From IMG/VR virus record IMGVR_UViG_2660238269_000008: 43,719 bases of DNA; one strand, 5' to 3'. Made by a program: the position numbers and the translations under genes. Below the pieces are notes generated by a model that worked only from the letters and a program-made list of their open reading frames with translations, was not told the origin of the DNA and ran no database searches. Below are positions 37,054 through 43,719 of the stretch, piece after piece; within the stretch, counting starts at the first letter, position 1, and every line of letters starts with the position of its first letter. The stretch comes from a virus (Duplodnaviria; Heunggongvirae; Uroviricota; Caudoviricetes).

Positions 37054-39613
37054 TCTTGTTATTGACCTGAGTCTGGATGCGGTCCGTTTCGATGAGCAGA
37101 TGAGCCGGGTAAGGCGTCATTTTTCCGGACTGGATACCGACGCCAGAAAGACCGCCACTGCCGTTGAGCAGGGGCTGAGCCGCCAGGCGCTGGCTGCACA
37201 AAAAGCCGGGATTTCCGTCGGGCAGTATAAAGCGGCCATGCGAACCCTGCCCGCACAGTTTACGGATATCGCCACGCAGCTTGCCGGTGGTCAGAATCCC
37301 TGGCTTATTCTGCTGCAACAGGGCGGTCAGGTGAAAGACTCGTTCGGTGGTCTTATCCCGATGTTCCGGGGACTGGCGGGAGCCGTCTCGCTACCTGCCG
37401 TCGGGATCACATCACTGGTCGCCGCGACAGGTGCGCTGGCGTATGCCTGGTACCAGGGGGATTCCACGCTTTCAGCGTTTAATAAAACCCTGGTTCTTTC
37501 CGGTAATCAGTCAGGACTGACGGCAGAGCGCATGTTGACGCTCTCCAGAGCCGGGCAGGCGGCAGGGCTGACGTTTAACCAGGCGGGAGAGTCACTGGCA
37601 GCCCTGGTCAGTGCCGGTGTGCGTGGTGGTGAACAGTTTGATGCCATTAACCAGAGTGTCGCGCGTTTTGCGTCTGCCTCCGGTGTGGAGGTGGACAAGG
37701 TTGCAGAGGCTTTCGGAAAACTGACCACCGACCCGACGTCGGGGCTGACTGCGATGGCACGCCAGTTCCGTAACGTGACGGCGGAGCAGATTGCGTATGT
37801 TGCACAGCTGCAGCGTTCCGGAGACGAGGCCGGTGCCTTACAGGCGGCGAACGATATTGCCACGAAAGGCTTTGATGACCAGACCCGCCGCCTGAAAGAG
37901 AACATGGGGATGCTGGAAACCTGGGCGGATAAAACAGGGAAGGCGTTCAAATCGATGTGGGATGCCATTCTGGATATCGGTCGTCCGGAATCCTCAGCGG
38001 ATATGCTTGCCAGTGCGCAGAAGGCATTTGATGAGGCGGATAAAAAATGGCAGTGGTACCAGAGCCGGAGCCAGCGCCGCGGTAAAACCTCCTCTTTCCG
38101 GGCCAACCTTCAGGGTGCATGGGATGACCGGGAAAATGCCCGTCTGGGGCTGGCGGCGGCAACGCTGCAGTCGGATATGGAAAAAGCCGGTGAACTGGCG
38201 GCAAGGGACAGGGCTGAGCGTGAGGCGTCACAGCTGAAGTATACCGGAGAGGCGCAGAAAGCGTATGAACGCCTGCTGTCGCCGCTGGAGAAATATACCG
38301 CCCGTCAGGAAGAACTGAACAGGGCCCTGAGAGACGGGAAAATCCTGCAGGCGGATTACAACACGCTGATGGCGTCGGCGAAAAAGGATTATGAAGCGAC
38401 GCTGAAAAAACCGAAGTCGTCAGGTGTGAAGGTGTCTGCCGGTGAGCGCCAGGAAGACCGGGCACATGCAGCCATGCTGGCGCTTGAAACCGAGCTCCGG
38501 ACGCTGGAGAAGCACAGTGGTGCGAATGAGAAAATCAGCCAGCAGCGCCGGGATTTGTGGAAGGCGGAAAGTCAGTATGCGGTCCTGAAAGAGGCCGCCA
38601 CGAAACGGCAGTTATCCGGGCAGGAAAAATCCCTGCTGGCTCATGAGAAAGAGACGCTGGAGTACAAACGCCAGCTGGCTGAGCTGGGTGACAAGGTGGA
38701 GCACCAGAAACGCCTGAATGAGCTGGCACAGCAGGCGGTGCGGTTTGAAGAGCAGCAGAGCGCGAAGCAGGCCGCCATCAGCGCAAAAGCCCGCGGTCTC
38801 ACTGACCGTCAGGCGCAGCGGGAGTCTGAAGCGCAGCGTCTTCGTGACGTGTACGGTGATAATCCGCAGGCGCTGGCCCGGGGCACCGGGGCACTGAAAC
38901 AGACATGGGCGGATGAAGACATGCTGCGCGGTGACTGGCTGGCCGGGCTGAAGTCCGGCTGGGGCGAGTGGGCGGAAAGTGCGACGGACAGTTTTTCGCA
39001 GGTTAAAAGTGCAGCCACGCAGACCTTTGATGGTATTGCACAGAATATGGCGGCGATGCTGACCGGCAGTGAGCAGAACTGGCGCAGCTTCACCCGTTCC
39101 GTGCTGTCCATGATGACAGAAATTCTGCTTAAGCAGGCAATGGTGGGGATTGTCGGGAGTATCGGCAGCGCCATTGGTGGGGCTGTTGGTGGCGGCGCAT
39201 CCGCGTCAGGCGGTACAGCCATTCAGGCCGCTGCGGCGAACTTTCATTTTGCGACCGGCGGATTTACGGGCACGGGCGGCAAATATGAGCCTGCGGGGAT
39301 AGTTCACCGCGGGGAGTTTGTTTTCACGAAAGAGGCAACCAGCCGGATAGGTGTGGGGAATCTTTACCGTCTGATGCGCGGCTATGCGGAAGGTGGTTAT
39401 GTGGGTGGTGCCGGAAGTCCGGCGCAGATGCGGCGGGCGGAAGGTATTAATTTTAATCAGAACAATCACGTGGTGATTCAGAACGACGGTATAAACGGAC
39501 AGGCGGGGCCGCAGCTGATGAAGGCGGTGTATGACATGGCCCGTAAGGGGGCGCAGGATGAACTCCGGCTGCAGTTGCGTGATGGCGGTATGTTATCAGG
39601 GAGCGGGCGATGA
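37034..39613 (+). CDS. H: Tape measure protein H
   Basis: 859-aa ORF of the size and position of lambda gpH (853 aa). Confidence 0.9.
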   Translation: MSQSVGDLVIDLSLDAVRFDEQMSRVRRHFSGLDTDARKTATAVEQGLSRQALAAQKAGISVGQYKAAMRTLPAQFTDIATQLAGGQNPWLILLQQGGQVKDSFGGLIPMFRGLAGAVSLPAVGITSLVAATGALAYAWYQGDSTLSAFNKTLVLSGNQSGLTAERMLTLSRAGQAAGLTFNQAGESLAALVSAGVRGGEQFDAINQSVARFASASGVEVDKVAEAFGKLTTDPTSGLTAMARQFRNVTAEQIAYVAQLQRSGDEAGALQAANDIATKGFDDQTRRLKENMGMLETWADKTGKAFKSMWDAILDIGRPESSADMLASAQKAFDEADKKWQWYQSRSQRRGKTSSFRANLQGAWDDRENARLGLAAATLQSDMEKAGELAARDRAEREASQLKYTGEAQKAYERLLSPLEKYTARQEELNRALRDGKILQADYNTLMASAKKDYEATLKKPKSSGVKVSAGERQEDRAHAAMLALETELRTLEKHSGANEKISQQRRDLWKAESQYAVLKEAATKRQLSGQEKSLLAHEKETLEYKRQLAELGDKVEHQKRLNELAQQAVRFEEQQSAKQAAISAKARGLTDRQAQRESEAQRLRDVYGDNPQALARGTGALKQTWADEDMLRGDWLAGLKSGWGEWAESATDSFSQVKSAATQTFDGIAQNMAAMLTGSEQNWRSFTRSVLSMMTEILLKQAMVGIVGSIGSAIGGAVGGGASASGGTAIQAAAANFHFATGGFTGTGGKYEPAGIVHRGEFVFTKEATSRIGVGNLYRLMRGYAEGGYVGGAGSPAQMRRAEGINFNQNNHVVIQNDGINGQAGPQLMKAVYDMARKGAQDELRLQLRDGGMLSGSGR

Positions 39614-39939
39614 AAACCTTTCGCTGGAAAGTGAAGCCGGATATGGAGGTGAACTCGCAGCCGTCGGTGCGTGAAGTGCGTTTTGGTGACGGGTACTCAC
39701 AGCGTATGGCGGCAGGGCTGAATGCTGACCTGAAAACATACAGGGTGACGCTTTCCGTGACCCGGGAGGAGGCGCGGCATCTGGAAGCGTTCCTGGCAGA
39801 GCACGGGGGCTGGAAGGCATTTTTGTGGAAGCCACCCTATGCATACCGGCAGATAAAGGTGACCTGTGCCGGGTGGTCTGCGCGGGTCGGGATGTTGCGC
39901 GTTGAGTTCAGCGCGGAGTTTAAGCAGGTGGTGAACTGA
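39610..39939 (+). CDS. M: Tail tip protein M
   Basis: MKTFRWKVKP...VTLSV..EEA..LE.FL.EHGGWK.FLW.PPY..RQIKVTCA.WS.RV.MLRVEFSAEF.QVVN matches lambda M. Confidence 0.95.
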   Translation: MKTFRWKVKPDMEVNSQPSVREVRFGDGYSQRMAAGLNADLKTYRVTLSVTREEARHLEAFLAEHGGWKAFLWKPPYAYRQIKVTCAGWSARVGMLRVEFSAEFKQVVN

Positions 39940-40637
39940 TGCAGGATATTCACGAAGCAAGCCTGAACGAGTCGGTTAAGTCAGAGCAGTCACCGCGGGT
40001 GGTGCTCTGGGAAATCGACCTGACGGTGCAGGGCGGTGAGCGGTATTTTTTCTGCAATGAGCTGAATGAAAAAGGGGAGCCGGTGACCTGGCAGGGGCGT
40101 GAATATCAGGCGTACCCGATTGAGGGCAGCGGCTTTGAGATGAACGGAAAGGGCAGCAGTGCCCGCCCGTCGCTGACGGTGTCCAATCTTTTCGGCCTTG
40201 TCACCGGGATGGCGGAGGATTTGCAGAGCCTGGTGGGTGCCACGGTGGTCCGCCGCCGGGTGTATGCGTGTTTTCTTGATGCGGTGAACTTTGTGGCGGG
40301 GAATCCGGAGGCAGACCCGGAGCAGGAGCTGACGGACCGGTGGGTGGTGGAGCAGTTATCAGCGCTGACGGCCATGACGGCCTCGTTTGTGCTGGCGACA
40401 CCGACGGAGACGGACGGTGCGCTGTTTCCCGGTCGCATCATGCTGGCGAACACCTGTATGTGGGATTACCGGGGCGATGAGTGCGGGTATAACGGTCCGG
40501 CAGTGGCGGATGAGTTCGACAACCCCACCACGGATATCCGGAAGGACAGATGCAGTAAATGCATGCGCGGGTGTGAGATGCGCGGCATGGTGGCTAATTT
40601 CGGCGGTTTCCTTTCCATTAATAAACTTTCGCAGTAA
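39939..40637 (+). CDS. L: Tail tip protein L
   Basis: 232-aa ORF in the lambda L position. Confidence 0.9.
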   Translation: MQDIHEASLNESVKSEQSPRVVLWEIDLTVQGGERYFFCNELNEKGEPVTWQGREYQAYPIEGSGFEMNGKGSSARPSLTVSNLFGLVTGMAEDLQSLVGATVVRRRVYACFLDAVNFVAGNPEADPEQELTDRWVVEQLSALTAMTASFVLATPTETDGALFPGRIMLANTCMWDYRGDECGYNGPAVADEFDNPTTDIRKDRCSKCMRGCEMRGMVANFGGFLSINKLSQ

Positions 40638-40647
40638 ATCCCGTTTT

Positions 40648-41391
40648 ATGACACAGACTGAATCAGCGATTCTGGCGCATGCCCGGCGGTGTGCGCCAGC
40701 GGAGTCGTGCGGCTTCGTGATAAGCACCCCGGAGGGCGAACGGTACCAGCCCTGCGTGAATATCTCCGCAGAGCCGGAGGCGTATTTTCGTATTGCACCG
40801 GAAGACTGGCTGCAGGCACAGATGCAGGGGGAGATTGTGGCGCTGGTCCACAGTCATCCCGGTGGACTGCCCTGGCTGAGCGAGGCGGACCGGCGGCTGC
40901 AGATAAAGAGTGCCCTGCCCTGGTGGCTGGTCTGCCGGGGTGACATTCACCGGTTCCGCTGTGTGCCGCACCTGACCGGACGGCGCTTTGAACACGGTGT
41001 GACGGACTGTTACACCCTGTTCCGGGATGCTTACCATCTGGCGGGGATAACGCTGCCGGATTTTGTGCGTGAGGATGACTGGTGGCGCAACGGTCAGAAC
41101 CTGTACCTGGACAACCTGGCGGAAAACGGCTTTTACCGGGTGTCTCCGTCCCGTGCACAGGCAGGCGATATTCTGCTGTGCTGCTTTGGCGCATCGGTGC
41201 CGAATCATGCCGCCATTTACTGTGGCAACGGTGAACTGCTTCACCATATACCTGAACAACTGAGTAAACGGGAGAGGTATTCAGAGAAATGGCAACGACG
41301 AACGCATTCTGTCTGGCGTCACCGCCACTGGTCCGCATCTGCCTTCACGGGGATTTACAACGATTTGGTCGTCGCATCAGCCTGTATGTGA
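40648..41391 (+). CDS. K: Tail tip assembly protein K (MPN/JAB plus NlpC/P60 domains)
   Basis: MTQTESAILAHARRCAPAESCGFV...HSHPGG... near-identical to lambda K; ATG at 40648. Confidence 0.95.
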   Translation: MTQTESAILAHARRCAPAESCGFVISTPEGERYQPCVNISAEPEAYFRIAPEDWLQAQMQGEIVALVHSHPGGLPWLSEADRRLQIKSALPWWLVCRGDIHRFRCVPHLTGRRFEHGVTDCYTLFRDAYHLAGITLPDFVREDDWWRNGQNLYLDNLAENGFYRVSPSRAQAGDILLCCFGASVPNHAAIYCGNGELLHHIPEQLSKRERYSEKWQRRTHSVWRHRHWSASAFTGIYNDLVVASACM

Positions 41392-41968
41392 ACACGGCAG
41401 CGGAGGCCATCCGTGCCCTGTCGCTGCAGGTGCCGGGATTCCGCTGTCAGATGAACGAAGGCTGGTATCAGATACGTATTGCCGGTGAGGATACCGCGCC
41501 GGAGGCGGTGTATGCCCGTCTTCATGAGCCACTGAGCGGGAGGGCCGTGATTCATATTGTACCGAGGCTGGCAGGGCCGGGGGAAATGGTGTTTTTCAGG
41601 TGGTGCTGGGGGCTGCAGCCATCGTGGGTTCTTTCTTCACCGCCGGTGCAACGATGGCGTTGTGGGGCGCAGCCCTGAGTGCCGGAGGGCTGACTGCCAC
41701 CACGATGCTGTTCTCACTGGGTGCCAGCATGATACTGGGTGGTGTGGCTCAGATGCTGGCCCCGAAGGCAAAGACGCCGGAGTACAAAAGTACGGATAAC
41801 GGTAAACAGAACACGTATTTTTCGTCACTGGACAACATGATTGCCCAGGGTAACCCGATGCCGGTGCCTTACGGTGAAATGCTGGTTGGTTCACGACGGA
41901 TATCCCAGGACATCAGCACCCGTGATGAGGGCGGTGACGGGAAAGTGGTGGTTATCGGGCGGGGATGA
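41289..41968 (+). pseudogene. I: Tail tip assembly protein I, frameshifted in a G5 run (about 41575-41590)
   Basis: ORFs 41289..41678 and 41600..41968 match the N- and C-terminal halves of lambda I in different frames; the switch maps to ccggggg. Confidence 0.75.
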
Positions 41969-42013
41969 AAATAAAAAAATCCCGCAGAGTTAGCGGAGCT
42001 GCGGGAGAGAACG

Positions 42014-42133
42014 ATGAAGATTAACTTTATGGAGTTATTTTTCAGGCATCAAAAAAGTAACGCAGCGTCATTATTGCGGCTACAGGCAATTGCCGGAAAT
42101 GTGAAGAATTTCAGAAATTTTATTCTGTCATGA
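42014..42133 (+). CDS. Candidate small ORF (39 aa) within a 240-bp insert between I and J
   Basis: ATG with GGGAGAG 5 nt upstream; flanked by hairpins at 41979..42004 and 42137..42160 (the latter followed by a T-rich run). Confidence 0.25.
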   Translation: MKINFMELFFRHQKSNAASLLRLQAIAGNVKNFRNFILS

Positions 42134-42208
42134 CACAGGCACCCTCCGGGGTGCCTGTTGTTTTCTGGCATAAACAGATTCAGACATCAGACAGGAGAGG
42201 GGGACAGA

Positions 42209-43719
42209 GTGGGTAAAGGGGGCGGCAAGGGGCACACACCGCGTGAGGCGAAGGACAATCTCAAATCAACGCAGATGATGAGCGTGATTGATGCCATTGG
42301 TGAGGGACCGGTGGAAGGTCCGGTGAAGGGACTGCAGAGTATTCTGGTGAACAAAACCCGCTGACGGACACGGACGGTAATCCCGTGATACACGGTGTGA
42401 CCGCCGTCTGGCGTGCCGGGGAGCAGGAGCAGACACCGCCGGAAGGCTTTGAGTCCTCCGGGCGGAAACCGCACTGGGCGTGGAGGTGACGAAGGCAAAG
42501 CCGGTGACGCGCACCATCACGTCAGCGAACATTGACCGTCTGCGGGTCACCTTCGGGGTGCAGTCACTGGTGGAGACCACCTCAAAGGGTGACCGTAATC
42601 CCTCTTCTGTCCGGCTGCTGATTCAGCTTGAGCGTAACGGTAACTGGGTGACGGAGAAGGATATCACCATTAACGGCAAGACCACCTCGCAGTACCTGAC
42701 GTCGGTGATTCTGAATAATCTCCCTGAGCGCCCCTTTAACATCCGGATGGTCAGGGAGACGGCGGACAGCACCACGGACCAGCTGCAGAACAGAACGCTG
42801 TGGTCGTCATACACCGAAATCATCGATGTGAAACAGTGCTACCCGAACACGGCCATTGTGGGGCTGCAGGTGGATGCGGAGCAGTTTGGTGGCCAGCAGC
42901 TGACGGTGAACTACCATATTCGTGGTCGCATCATTCAGGTGCCGTCAAACTATGACCCGGAAAAACGCACCTACAGCGGTATCTGGGACGGCAGCCTGAA
43001 ACCGGCATACAGCAATAACCCGGCCTGGTGCCTGTGGGACATGCTGACCCACCCGCGCTACGGCATGGGAAAACGCCTGGGGGCGGCGGATGTGGACAAG
43101 TGGGCTCTGTATGCCATCGGGCAGTACTGCGACCAGACGGTCCCGGATGGTTTCGGGGCACAGAGCCGCGGATGACCTTTAATGCGTACCTGTCACAGCA
43201 GCGTAAGGTGTGGGATGTCCTGGGGGATTTCTGCTCGGCGATGCGCTGTATGCCGGTATGGAACGGCCAGACGCTGACGTTCGTTCAGGACCGCCCGTCG
43301 GATGTGGTGTGGCCGTACACCAACAGCGATGTGGTGGTGGATGATAACGGCGTGGGGTTCCGCTACAGCTTCAGTGCCCTGAAGGACCGGCACACGGCGG
43401 TGGAGGTGAATTACACCGACCCGCAGAACGGCTGGCAGACTTCCACGGAACTGGTGGAAGACCGGACGCCATCCTGCGCTACGGGCGCAATCTGCTGAAG
43501 ATGGATGCGTTTGGCTGTACCAGCCGCGGTCAGGCCCACCGTGCCGGACTGTGGGTGATAAAGACCGAACTGCTGGAAACGCAGACGGTGGATTTCACGC
43601 TCGGGTCACAGGGGCTGCGGCACACGCCCGGTGACATCATTGAAATCTGTGATAACGACTATGCCGGGACCCTGACCGGCGACGTATCCTGTCCATCGAT
43701 GCCGCCAGCCGCACACTGA
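42209..43719 (+). pseudogene. J: Central tail fibre / host-specificity protein J, 5' part, with at least four frameshifts; continues beyond the window
   Basis: GTG start (VGKGGGKGHTPREAKDNLKSTQ as lambda J); lambda-J-like sequence jumps frame near 42360, 42460, 43157 and 43462; four successive ORFs in the track. Confidence 0.8.

Noticed and set aside
30685-41338. Other long antisense ORFs inside structural genes (30685..31308, 35920..36843, 37507..38465, 40646..41338)
   Set aside because: Same reason: each is embedded in a strongly supported lambda-like gene on the plus strand and has a proline/arginine-rich low-complexity translation.

Overview
This window is almost entirely a lambdoid prophage of the E. 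coli/Shigella type, read from the integrase end (position 1) into the tail fibre gene J (runs off the right edge). It is mosaic: a Rac/Qin-like early region (DicA-type repressor, YdaS/YdaT, O-like and DnaC-like replication genes, hok type I toxin, DUF968, rusA, Q), a Stx-phage-like late regulatory and cargo region (PR'/tR', orphan DNA methyltransferase, tRNA-Ile(CAU) and tRNA-Arg, nanS-p esterase, phage-21-type pinholin/SAR-endolysin/Rz/Rz1 lysis cassette) and a lambda-like cos/terminase/head/tail module (nu1 through J). The prophage looks defective: the integrase is split by an IS1 insertion with a perfect 9-bp target duplication and also carries a frameshift, and tail genes I and J carry one and at least four frameshifts respectively. 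No stx genes are present. The cargo slot between the tRNAs and nanS-p instead carries a lipoprotein homologous to TolA domain III, an AppY/EnvY-like AraC regulator, a methyltransferase 3' remnant, and five copies of a ~250-bp unit with conserved hairpins, compensatory stem changes and intrinsic terminators. I regard that repeat family as the best candidate for an undescribed structured-RNA system. Other accessory candidates are a zinc-ribbon protein in the immunity region and a 5-TM membrane protein just downstream of PR'. All calls rest on reading the sequence and the ORF translations by eye and on recalled homologies; no searches or computations were run.
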